64,000 bases of DNA from Alphaproteobacteria bacterium (lineage in GTDB: Bacteria > Pseudomonadota > Alphaproteobacteria > Puniceispirillales > UBA1172): the NCBI GenBank assembly GCA_038144675.1, contig JAYQOF010000006.1:41622-105621 (forward strand), in the 5' to 3' direction. The stretch's first letter is position 1. Each line of letters begins with the position of its first letter. The translations under genes and the position numbers were made by a program. The notes under the pieces were generated by a model. It saw only the letters and a program-made list of their open reading frames with translations. It made no database searches and was not told the DNA's origin. Of this stretch, positions 53,845 through 64,000 are shown one piece after another.

Positions 53845-55199
53845 ATGGGAGAGTGGATCAACCGTATTCCTGATCATGCTCAGGAATATATCAGCAACCG
53901 CCGTCTGGATGAGGTGGAATGTCTGGTTGCTGATCTATCTGGTATCGCGCGTGGTAAAGCCATGCCAGCAAAAAAATTTTCAAAACAAGCCTATTTTCAC
54001 CTGCCTACATCTATTTTTACCCAGTCGATTACAGGGGGACTGGATGGATGATACATTACTAAATCAGATCGAACCTGATATGGTCATGCGTCCGGATTAT
54101 GCGACCACCAGTGCCGCGCCATGGACAGCTGATGTTACCTTACAGATCATTCATGATGTTTATGATCAGAATAATGAACTATATCCGGTTGCCCCACGCA
54201 ATGTACTCAAACGTGTGATTGCGCTTTATCAGGATATGGGGCTAAAGCCGATTGTTGCGCCGGAAATGGAATTCTTTCTTGTGGCACCAAATATAGACCC
54301 CAATCAGCCTATTGAACCCCTATGGGACGGTCAGGCAGGCGGGTGGCGGCGCGGCAATCCTATTCCATGTCTGCTATTGATGAATATGGGCCGGTCATTG
54401 ATGATATTTATGATTTTGCCGAACTGCAGGGACTGAAATCGATGGTATCCTTCAGGAAGGTGGATCAGGACAGGTTGAACTTAATCTGCAACATGGTGAT
54501 CCTTTGCGTCTGGCGGATGAAGTGTTCTATTTCAAGCGCATGATTAGAGAAGCTGCATTGCGGCATAACTGTTTTGCAACATTCATGGCCAAGCCCATTC
54601 AGGATGAACCGGGTAGCGCTATGCATCTGCATCATTCGGTTGTGGATATAAAAACCGGTGATAATATATTTGTCACCGCCGATGGTCAGAACAGTGATGC
54701 CTTTATGCATTTTATTGCTGGCATGCAGAATCATATGCCGGATGTTGTGGCAATCATGGCACCTTATGTGAACAGTTATCGCCGTTATGTGCGGGATTTT
54801 GCCGCCCCGATCAATCTGGAATGGGGGCAGATAACCGGACAACCGGATTGTGTGTGCCTGTATCCGACCCGAATGCCAGACGGATAGAAAACCGTCTGCC
54901 GGGAATGGATGTAAACCCATATCTGTGTATTGCTGCATCGCTGGCCTGCGGATATATGGGCATGATTGAGAAACGTCAACCACGTCCGCAATTCACTCAG
55001 GACGCCCATACGATAGAACAGGAATTGCCAAATAATCTCTATGATGCTCTTGATATTTTTGATCAGGCTACTGCCATGCATGAAATTCTGCATCCTGATT
55101 TCTGTCAGATATATTCTGCCATCAAACGGATTGGAATATATGGCGTATCAGCAAGTGATCAGCCCGTGGGAACGTGAACATTTATTGATGAACGTATGA
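53845..55199 (+). pseudogene. glutamine synthetase-family gamma-glutamyl ligase (PuuA/GlnA3-like), frameshifted
   Basis: VECLVADLSGIARGKAMP, PEMEFFLV, ATFMAKPIQDEPGSAMHLHHS, RIENRLPGMDVNPYL, in at least four frames. The true C-terminus ISPWEREHLLMNV ends at TGA 55197-55199. Confidence 0.75.
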
Positions 55200-56487
55200 A
55201 TCTGCTTACAGCAAATGATCAGCAAGGTCAGTATCCGCCCAGATTTTACGCGGCGACGACAAGTCACCTGCCCTTGCAAGCCACATAAAAGGGCGAACAT
55301 AAGGCCGATGTGGTGATTGTCGGGGCGGGATTTACCGGATTATCAGCGGCATTGCATCTGGCTGAACGGGGGTATGATGTCCATGTGCTGGATGCCCATC
55401 GTATCGGCTTTGGCGCATCTGGCCGCAATGGTGGTCAGGTTGGCAGTGGTCAGCGTGTAGAACAGGACTGGCTGGAAAAAGCCTATGGTATAGATACCGC
55501 ACGGCAATTATGGCATCTGGCCGAAGACGCCAAGGCGTTGGTCAGGGAACTGATCAAGACCCATCAGATTGATTGTCATTATCGCACCGGAATTGCTCAT
55601 AGCTGCTGGCGACAGGGGTGAGGTTGATGAAGATCACCGCTATGTCGAAAAGCTTCAGCGTGAATATGGATATGAACACATCGAAACCTTAGATCAGGAT
55701 GCCATGTATAGCATGATTGGATCACCAGTCTATCGGGGCGGCAGCATTGATCATGGTGCTGGTCATCTGCACCCGTTGGCATATGTGCTTGGGTTGGGGC
55801 AGGCAGCGTTGGCGGCTGGCGTGACGATATATGAAAACAGTATGGTCACGCGCATTATCGAGGGCAAAAAACCAAGTATTGTGACCGATCAGGGGGCAAT
55901 ACATGCCGATCATCTGATACTGGCCTGTAATGGATATCTGGGTAAATTAAATAAGCCAGTTGCCAGACGTGTCATGCCGATTAACAATTTTATTGTCACA
56001 ACGGAACCTCTAGGGGCGGAAGCACCAAGGGTGCTGGCAAAAGATATTGCCGTTGCTGATAGCAAGTTTGTTCTGAATTATTTCCGCCGATCCCATGATA
56101 ACCGGTTAATTTTTGGTGGTGGGGAAAATGTCAGCTATCGGTTTCCTTCTGATATCCGGGGCATGGTATCAAAACCGTTACATGCAGTATTCCCGCAACT
56201 GAAAGGGATTGCGCTTGATTATGCTTGGGGGTACCCTTGCCATTACGGTAAACCGGATGCCCTGCTTTATTCGGCTCAATGGTAATGTCATGTCAGCGTC
56301 AGGATATTCTGGTCATGGCGTTGCAATGGCAACACTGGCGGGCAAGCTTCTTGCGGAAGCAACAACAGGCGTATCAGAAGGGTTTGACTGTATGGCCGGT
56401 TTGCATGTGCCGCGGTTCCCCGGGGGGGGATTTGTTGCGCTGGCCATCGCTGGTGATTGGCATGAACTGGTATATGTTGCGCGATAA
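55196..56487 (+). pseudogene. FAD-dependent oxidoreductase (gamma-glutamylputrescine oxidase PuuB-like), nonsense codon plus frameshifts
   Basis: The ATG overlaps the upstream stop (ATGA). In-frame TAA at 55286-55288 precedes DVVIVGAGFTGLSAALHLAERGYDVHVLDAHRIGFGASGRNGGQ. Spacing from FYAA to DV matches E. coli PuuB as I recall it. Later pieces are 55569-56285 and 56209-56487. Confidence 0.75.
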
Positions 56488-56496
56488 ACTAGGCTT

Positions 56497-57119
56497 CTAG
56501 CTGAAAAACAACATTAACAGCTTGGCTGATATGGCCAGCATGATCATCCCGATGATAATATCCAGCACACGCCAGTGACGACGGCTTGTCATATAGCGGG
56601 AACAATATCTGGCACCATATCCAAGTGATGCAAAAAATACAAAACCAGCCGTCATAGCACCAAGGGCAAAATGCCATTTGCCGATCACGTCATAGGCTAT
56701 GGAAAAACTGCCAATCAGGATCACGGTATCCAGATAAACATGGGGGTTACTTATAGGTCAGTATCGCCAGTGTTGTGAGAGATTTTTGCCATGACATTCG
56801 CGTAGGTGCAGAGGTTATATCTTCCAAGATCATAAACACCGCGCCATGCAGATATGAAATGCATGATTGCGTAACTGAATAGCCATGATGAAGCAACAAT
56901 AGCCAGAATATACTGATAATCTGCCATGATGGCCTGAACCGCGACAGCCATGCCGCCAACGCCAGCCGCTATCAATAAGGCATCCGAACAGGCGCAAAAT
57001 AGGACAGATAACGTTACATGTTGCTGCCGTAATCCTTGTTTGAGCACAAAGCTATTTTGTGCCCCGATGGCAAGAATAAGAGAAAACCCCAGCCCAAACC
57101 CGTTTATGAAAGCAAGCAT
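56497..57119 (-). pseudogene. argO: LysE/ArgO-family arginine/lysine exporter, frameshifted
   Basis: MLAFINGFGLGFSLILAIGAQNSFVLKQGLRQQHV...CACSDALLIAAGVGG (within ORF 56751-57179). C-terminal half PHVYLDTVILIGS...IIGMIMLAISAKL is in another frame (56497-56724). Confidence 0.7.
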
Positions 57120-57236
57120 GATATTTTTTCCGGTTAAAGGAGTCAAAGCCAGCACGTCATTGATTTTAATGGATATCAAGAATGTTGACCATTGCTATTT
57201 GCTAGCAGAATTATTACTTGCGTCTAGTATCTTGCA

Positions 57237-57261
57237 AAAAAGTTAGTATGTGCCTAACTTT
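57237..57261. promoter_or_regulatory. perfect palindrome in the argO/sitA divergent intergenic region (candidate metalloregulator operator)
   Basis: aaaagttag-tatgtgc-ctaactttt: a 9-bp inverted repeat about 40 nt upstream of the sitA start. Confidence 0.35.
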
Positions 57262-57299
57262 TCAGTTATTGGCAAAACCTGAAGCATAAATATGATCCC

Positions 57300-58230
57300 A
57301 TGTTGTCTTATCATATCTTAAAGCGATTTTTTATTCTGGCCATCATGCTATCCGGCCTTTTTATGGCTGGTCTGGCTTGAGCTGAACGGATTAAGGTTGT
57401 CACCAGCTTTACCATTCTGGCTGATATGACCCGCCAAGTGGCTGGGACTTATGCTGATGTGGTATCCATTCACCCGTCCGGGGGGCGGAAATACATGGCT
57501 ATCAGCCAACTCCGCAAGACTTGGTTCAGGCCATTGATGCTGATCTTATCATCTATAATGGTTTTAATCTGGAACAATGGATGGATCAGTTTCTGCAACA
57601 GCTGGGCGATATTCCAACGGTCCGAATTAGTGCAGGTATAGCCCCAATTGCCATTGATGCTGGCGTTTATGAAGGCAAAGCCAATCCACATGCATGGATG
57701 GGACTGGAAAACGCATATCTTTATATTGATAATATTGCTGCTGCGCTATCAGATATTGATCCGCAAAATAAGACGCAATACATGACTAATGCCAGCCAAT
57801 ATAAGGCCAGATTATCAGCACGGGTTTTGCCACTGAAAGCAGAAATTGCAGCCTTTGCCAGAACATGCCCGATGGTTAGTCACCTGTGAAGGAGCATTTA
57901 GTTATCTGGCCTGCCGATCTGGGGATGCGGGAATTATATTTATGGCCTATTAATGCTGATAGTCAGGCAACCCCGCAACAGGTTCGCCGGGTGATTGATC
58001 AGATACGCATACATGATATTCCGGTTATATTTTGTGAAAGCACGGTCAATACCGCGCCAGCAGAACAGGTTGCCAGAGAAACAGGCATACATTACGGCGG
58101 GGTTTTATATGTTGATAGCCTAAGTGCTGAAGATGGCCCTGTCCCCCATTACGAAGATTTAATTGCGCTTAATGTTAACAACATCAAACAGGCGATTGAT
58201 GCGGCATTAGCCAGAACACAGAAACCATAA
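57300..58230 (+). pseudogene. sitA: Mn/Fe ABC transporter substrate-binding protein (SitA/MntC family), nonsense codon plus frameshifts
   Basis: MLSYHILKRFFILAIMLSGLFMAGLA, then in-frame TGA at 57378-57380, then AERIKVVTSFTILADMTRQVAG. Further pieces: AIDADLIIYNGFNLEQW...NPHAWM (57521-57889) and DIPVIFCESTV (57886-58230). Confidence 0.8.
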
Positions 58231-58234
58231 AACC

Positions 58235-59108
58235 GTGATTAAAAATCTGACTGAAAATCAAAATGAAGGTATAAGGCGGATAACGTTTCGGTGATCTATC
58301 CGAACGGGCATAAAGCGTTATGGGATGCCAGTTTTACCTTGCCTCAAGGGACGGTTTGCGGACTGGTTGGTATTAATGGTGCTGGAAAATCAACCTTGTT
58401 CAAAGCCATGATGGGGATTCACGAAACTATCCCGCGGCAGCATAAGCATTATGTGCAGAACTGTATCTGAGGCATTAAAGGAAAATCTGATTTCCTATGT
58501 GCCACAAACAGAACAGGTGGACTGGACTTTTCCGGTTCTGGTCGAAGATGTTGTGATGATGGGGCGGTTTGGCCATATGGGTTTTTGCGGATACCCAGAA
58601 AGGCTGATCATGAAGCCGTTGAGCAGGCATTACAACGGGTCAATATGCAGGATTATCGCTATCGCCAGATAGGGGAGTTGTCAGGAGGACAGCGCAAGCG
58701 TGTTTTTCTGGCAAGAGCCATCGCCCAGAACGGGCATGTTATTCTGCTTGATGAACCATTTACCGGTGTTGATGTCCATACCGAAGAACAGATTATTAAA
58801 TTGATGCTGGATTTGCGTGCAGAAGGCCGGATTATCCTTGTATCAACACATAATCTGGGATCAGTGCCAGAGTTTTGTGACCGCACCATTCTGATCAAGG
58901 GTACAATATTAAGTTATGGGGAAACCGAAACCACATTTACTCAGGAAAACCTGCAACAGGCTTTTTGGCGGGGTCTTGCGATATTTCACACTTAGCGGCA
59001 AAACCTGCATGAAGACAGCGATAGCCTGTTACCATTCTGACCGATGATGAACGTCCGCTGGTGCAGTATGATGGTAAAACCAAAACCAAGGAAGGGAAGT
59101 CCAAGTGA
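58235..59108 (+). pseudogene. sitB: Mn/Fe ABC transporter ATP-binding protein, frameshifted
   Basis: GLVGINGAGKSTLFKAMMG (my own translation), [25 protein letters not shown] (58585-58995). The tail LTDDERPLVQYDG ends at TGA 59106-59108, overlapping the sitC GTG start. Confidence 0.8.
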
Positions 59109-59959
59109 TTTTGCTTGAACCCTTTGCCTATGACTATATGAAAAATGCCATGCTGATGGCCGGACTTGTCGGTGGGATGTGTGCCTTTCTGTCTGCCTAT
59201 CTGATGTTGAAAGGATGGTCATTAATCGGCGATGCCTTATCCCATTCGGTTGTTCCGGGGTGGCAGGTGCTTATATGCTGGGCTTGCCCTTTGCGCTTGG
59301 GGCCTTTCTGGCGGGCGGACTGGCGGCCTTGGCAATGCTTTTCTGTCGGAACGGTCAGGGTTAAAAATTGATACGATTATAGGGATTATTTTCACCTCAT
59401 TCTTTGGCCTTGGTCTTTTCCTGATATCGTTATGGCCGATGTCGGTATCTATCAAGACGATTGTCTTTGGCAATATCCTGTCGGTTACTCCTGAGGATAC
59501 GGTTCAGCTTCTGTTGATCTCATTAGTGGCTATTTCGATCTTGATCTTTAGATGGAAAGATCTGATGGTGACCTTTTTTGACGAAGAGCATGCGCGAAGT
59601 GTGGGCTTAATCAACGCGACTAAAATTGCTGTTTTTTTATGTTTTATCGGCGTCGGTTGTTGCCGCAATGAAAACGGTCGGCGCCTTTCTGGTGATAGCC
59701 ATGGTTATCACGCCGGGGGCAACCGCTTATCTGATTTGTGACCGGTTTCCACGGTTGATAATGCTATCGGTTTCATCGGGGTGGTATCCAGTGTTCTGGG
59801 CACTTATATCAGCTATTTCTGGACGGAGCCACTGGCGGGGTGATTGTTACCCTTCAACTGGTTATGTTTCTGGTCACCTTTATAGCCGCCCCAAAATATG
59901 GCCTGATTGCCAGCCGCCGCAAGGCACGTGCTGAGATGATCTATCAAGGTTCTGCCTGA
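59105..59959 (+). pseudogene. sitC: Mn/Fe ABC transporter permease, frameshifted
   Basis: LLEPFAYDYMKNAMLMAGLVGGMCAFLSAYLMLKGWSLIGDALSHSVVPG, then further pieces in other frames (59232-59741, 59626-59934). Confidence 0.75.
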
Positions 59960-60802
59960 TGGAATGGGCTGATATCATATTACCATTCCAGTTCGGCTTT
60001 ATGCAGAAAGCGTTTCTGATTGGTATTATCGTGGCAGTGCCAACAGCTTTACTATCTTGTTTTCTGGTCATGAAAGGCTGGGCGCTGATGGGTGATGCTG
60101 TCAGCCATGCTATTCTGCCCGGCATTGTTCTGGCCTATATTTTTGGTTTCCCGTTGCTGATTCGGGGCATTTCTGGCCGGCATGTTATGTGCGTTGATGA
60201 CCGGTTTCCTGACGACAAATAGCCGCGTCAAACAGGATACCATTATGGGTGTTGTTTTTTCGGGAATGTTCGGGGTTGGCATTGTTCTTTATGTATCAAT
60301 AAAAACGGATCTGCATCTGGATCATATCTTGTTTGGACATCTGCTAGGTGTAAATAACAATGATCTGTTTCTGACAGCAATGATTGCTATTCCCATTAGT
60401 CTTATTCTGATCCTGAAATGGAAAGACCTGATGCTTCATAGTTTTGATGCGATGCAGGCGAAAGCAAGCGGGCTTTCAGTTGGAATATTGCATTATGGGC
60501 TTTTGACCATGATCTCACTGGGGATTGTAGCAACGCTATCGGCAACAGGTCTGATTCTGGCTATCGGATTACTGATTGCTCCCGGTGCCATTGCCTATCT
60601 GATAACCCGACGTTTTGCTTATATGCTTTGGATATCCGTGATGATATCTGTGTCTGCCATGGTGATCGGCATATATCTGAGCTTTTTTATCAATAGTGCG
60701 CCAGCCCCGACCGTGATTCTTATTCTGACGTTCTGGTTTATCATGGCGTTCTGTTTCCGTATGGCGCGTATCAAGATGCTGACACGCCAGATGGAACACT
60801 GA
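59959..60802 (+). pseudogene. sitD: Mn/Fe ABC transporter permease, one frameshift
   Basis: LPFQFGFMQKAFLIGIIVAVPTALLSCFLVMKGWALMGDAVSHAILPG (59959-60222), then MTGFLTTNSRVKQDTIMGVVFSG (60182-60802). Confidence 0.75.
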
Positions 60803-61018
60803 AAATTCGATTTGGCTGATAAAAAACCTCTTTACAAGCATGATGCCCAAGGAGTAATTTCTGCCCGAATGATGGCGTCATTCATTGGCGATTTTCGCCA
60901 ACCTTTGTTTCTGATTTGATCAACACATCCTGTACGCCGGGATGATCATCTCGGGAGTAGGGGAATCTATGCTCCTGAGAACATGTTTGCTTTAAACTGT
61001 GTTTCAAAGGAGCTAAAA

Positions 61019-62227
61019 ATGAAAAGACCTCAATTCTATCGTTTTCATAACGGAACCAAAGACGCATTACCCTTTTCTCAAAATGAATATGCACGCCGCC
61101 TGACTGCGATCAGGGCGCGTATGGCAGCAAGAGAAATTGATGCGATTATCCTGACTTCAATGCATAATGTAGCCTATTATACAGGCTTTCTTTATTGTTC
61201 ATTTGGTCGGCCATATGCCGCCGTGATTACCCCTGATGCCTGTACGACCGTATCGGCGGCTATTGATGCCGGTCAACCCTGGCGGCGTTCCATTGATGAT
61301 AATGTGACCTATACAGACTGGCAGCGCGGGAATTACTTTCGGGCGATAAATGATCTGCTTCCTGCCGCCAAACATATCGGCATAGAAGATGATCATGTAA
61401 CATTACAAACCCGTCAGGCATTTGCCAGTTTCATGCCTGATGTAAGATGGACTGATATTGCTGCTGATACCATGACCGAACGGATGATCAAATCCGAAGA
61501 AGAGATCACACTAATAAAAGCAGGTGCGGCAGTAGCGGATATTGGTGGCTATGCTATCCATGCCGCCATAAAGGAAAATGTGCGGGAAATTGATGTTGCC
61601 ATGGCTGGGCGTGATGCCATGGAAGCGGCGATTGCCGAACGTTTTCCTGATAGCGAATTGCGGGATACATGGGTTTGGTTCCAGTCTGGCATCAATACCG
61701 ATGGTGCCCATAATCCGGTCACTTGTCGACAGCTTGGGGCAGGTGATCTGTTATCGCTTAACACCTTTCCAATGATTTCCGGCTATTATACAGCACTGGA
61801 ACGCACAATGTTTCTGGGTGAACCGGATGCCGATACCCGAAAGCGTGGCAAGCTAATCTGGATGTTCATGAATACGGGCTTAGCCTGATCAAGCCGGGGC
61901 CACTTGTAGCGGTATTACAGCGGAATTGAATAAACTTTTTGAAGATTTGGGTTATCTTGATCGCGTCGCACCTTTGGTTATGGGCATTCCTTTGGGGTGT
62001 TATCCCATTATTATGGGCGTGAAGCCGGATTGGAATTGCGTGAAGATATTGATACGGTTCTGCAACCGGGCATGGTTGTATCCATGGAACCGATGATCAC
62101 TATCGGCGATGATGAACCGGGACGCGGTGGTTACAGGGAACATGATATTCTGGTTGTCACCGAACATGGTGCCGAAAATATCACGAAATACCCTTATGGC
62201 ATGGAGCAAAATGTTATATCGATATGA
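61019..62227 (+). pseudogene. creatinase (creatine amidinohydrolase, M24 fold), frameshifted near the C-terminal third
   Basis: YYTGFLYCSFGRPYAAVIT...GQPWRRSI...VTYTDWQRGNYF...WVWFQSGINTDGAHNPVT...PMISGYYTALERTMFL, then LSHYYGREAGLELREDIDTVLQPGMVVSMEPMI...GGYREHDILVVTEHGAENITKYPYG (61997-62227). Strong remembered similarity to Pseudomonas putida creatinase. Confidence 0.85.
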
Positions 62228-62382
62228 TTGTTAGATCATTTGAGATGTCAATTTGACCGGAAGTTATCATTATGTTAAAATCAGAAGCGTTTAAACTGGA
62301 CAAATTGTATAGATAAGAGTTAAATTAAACTCAATAAATGATTCAATTATGGATCAATATAATTATATGGCAGGAGATAAAT

Positions 62383-63440
62383 ATGAGAAATTTGCCACTT
62401 ATCGTAATCGTTCTCGTTATTGGTTTTGGTATAGGCTACTTCCTTAACGGATCAAACGAACAAGCTGTTGAGCAAGAAGCAACGTATGGAAGTGTCAACC
62501 ACTTCTACGCTAGAAGCAGTGAAAGAAAAGGCTATGTCCAGTGTGGCGTGAGTCAGGGGCTTCCGGATTTTCAAACGCAGATGACAATGGTAACTGGACA
62601 GGGATTGATGTTGATCTTTGCCGTGGTGTTGCTGCTGCTGTCTTTGGTGATGCTGATAAAGTCCGGTTTACACCATTATCTGCAAAGCAGCGTTTTACCG
62701 CGTTATCTTCAGGTGAAATTGATATTCTTTCACGGAATACAACATGGACGATGACACGTGATACCCAGCTCGGTCTTAACTTTGCCGGCGTCAATTATTA
62801 TGATGGTCAGGGCATGATGGTTCCTGCGTCACTGGGTGTTACATCAGCGACTGAACTTGATGGTGCTAATATCTGCACAAATACGGGTACAACAACAGAA
62901 CTCAACATTACAGATTATTTCCGTGCAAATAACATGAGCTTTGAACTTGTTGCCTTTGAAAAAGCAGATGAGGTTGTTGCCGCTTATGATGCTGGCCGTT
63001 GTGACGTCTACACAACTGACCGTTCCGGTCTGGCTGCACAGCGGACGAAGCTGACTAACCCAGATGCACATGTTGTGCTTCCTGAAATCATTTCAAAAGA
63101 GCCACTTGGCCCGGTTGTTCGTCAGGGTGACGATGAGTGGTTTAACATTGTTCGGTGGTCACTCAATGCCATGATCAACGCTGAAGAACTCGGCGTGACA
63201 CAAGCCAATGTTGATAGCATGATGGGATCAGATAATCCCGCTATCAAGCGTCTTCTGGGTGAAGAAGGCAATTTTGGTGAAAAGCTTGGTCTTAGCAATG
63301 ACTGGGCAGCAAACATCATCAAAGCTGTCGGTAATTATGGTGAGTCTTATGACGCACATGTTACTCCACTTGGTCTTGCCCGTGGTGCTAACGCGTTATG
63401 GAACAATGGTGGCATTCTCTATGCTGCTCCAATTCGCTAA
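62383..63440 (+). pseudogene. aapJ: general L-amino-acid ABC transporter substrate-binding protein (AapJ-like), frameshifted
   Basis: Start is ATG 62383 after caggag. STTSTLEAVKEKGYVQCGVSQGLPGFSNADDNGNWTGIDVDLCRGVAAAVFGD is reconstructed across frames. The bulk is ORF 62541-63440. Confidence 0.8.
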
Positions 63441-63454
63441 TACATAACATGATT

Positions 63455-63487
63455 GAAGCATCCATTTCTTTCGTAAATGGGTGCTTC
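63455..63487 (+). terminator. intercistronic hairpin after aapJ
   Basis: gaagcatccattt-ctttcgt-aaatgggtgcttc: a 13-bp stem with one G-T pair. No T-run follows. Confidence 0.4.
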
Positions 63488-63543
63488 CATTCCCTTGCAG
63501 ATTTCAATGATAATTAGAATAATCTGATAAAGGGCGTTAAAAA

Positions 63544-64000
63544 ATGCAATTATCTGATTTATCAAGTTTATGGAATGATGTTCGTGTCCGGCGTATTGCC
63601 ATACAGGTGATTCTGCTGGCACTTAGTTGTATTCTGTTTCTGGTGGTTGATCAGCAACACTTCTCAAAATCTGGATAAATTGAATAAATCCATCGGATTT
63701 GATTTTCTTTCACAAAATGCCGGTTTCCAAATTGCACCAACCCTAGGCACATGGCTTTTTTCCTATGAGGTTGGGCAGTCGACATACTGGGACGTTTATT
63801 TAATTGGCATTATCAATACGCTTCTGGTGGCTGTTCTGGGGATAATGGCGGCAACAATCATCGGCTTTCTGATCGGAATTATGCGATTATCGCATAACGT
63901 GATCTTTAGAAGCTTTGCAACAGTCTATATTGAACTCTTACGGAATATTCCCCTGCTATTGCAGTTGTTTTTCTGGTATTTCACGGTTTTGCGCGCATTA
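63544..64000 (+). pseudogene. aapQ: general L-amino-acid ABC transporter permease (AapQ-like), 5' part, frameshifted; continues beyond window
   Basis: MQLSDLSSLWNDVRVRRIAIQVILLAL, then a stop. It continues in another frame: NLDKLNKSIGFDFLSQNAGFQIAPT...LLRNIPLLLQLFFWYF. Confidence 0.7.

Noticed and set aside
57378-57380. In-frame TGA as evidence for TGA=Trp recoding or selenocysteine
   Set aside because: In-frame TAG and TAA also occur (177, 12594, 55286). TGA works as a normal terminator at reconstructed gene ends (for example 14630, 55197, 59106). No SECIS-like context or selenoprotein family is involved.
1-64000. CRISPR arrays, rRNA genes, IS elements/transposases, group II introns, retron-like reverse transcriptases
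   Set aside because: I found no regularly spaced direct repeats, no rRNA-like sequence, and no transposase or reverse-transcriptase motifs in any frame of the ORF track or of the gaps I translated.

Overview
This 64-kb window looks like a marine, probably host-associated alphaproteobacterium. That is an inference from gene families: IalB, the AapJ/AapQ amino-acid transporter genes, HemY, DMSP genes dmdA/acuI/dddP, and TRAP and polar amino-acid ABC systems.

Two regions:
1. An AT-rich accessory block at about 1030-12900. Spot-counted 60-nt lines give roughly one third GC there, against about one half in the core. It holds two small HTH regulators with shared palindromes, a two-gene secreted module, and a tRNA-Thr(CGU). 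Next to the tRNA is an ~8-kb degraded integrative element (4700-12904). The element has a broken tyrosine integrase, a displaced 3' tRNA fragment, arm-type repeats and cargo that looks host-interaction related (Sel1-repeat protein, small signal-peptide proteins, an nrtS/FGE-domain pair).
2. About 51 kb of core genes for transport and catabolism. These include an opine/polar-amino-acid-type ABC system, betA, adhC-fghA, a DMSP demethylation cluster, dddP, a TRAP system, a PuuA/PuuB-like pair, sitABCD, creatinase and aapJQ.

The dominant signal is that most recognisable genes are interrupted by frameshifts, and at least four by in-frame nonsense codons. A minority stay intact: argG, hpt, phhB, SCO1/SenC, BI-1/YccA, IalB, acuI, an aminotransferase and a FAD monooxygenase. 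This fits early-stage reductive genome decay with loss of free-living marine functions. An error-rich homopolymer-prone assembly is the alternative and must be excluded.

I found no CRISPR array, rRNA, transposase/IS element or complete recognisable defence system. All family assignments come from reading the translations, not from database searches.
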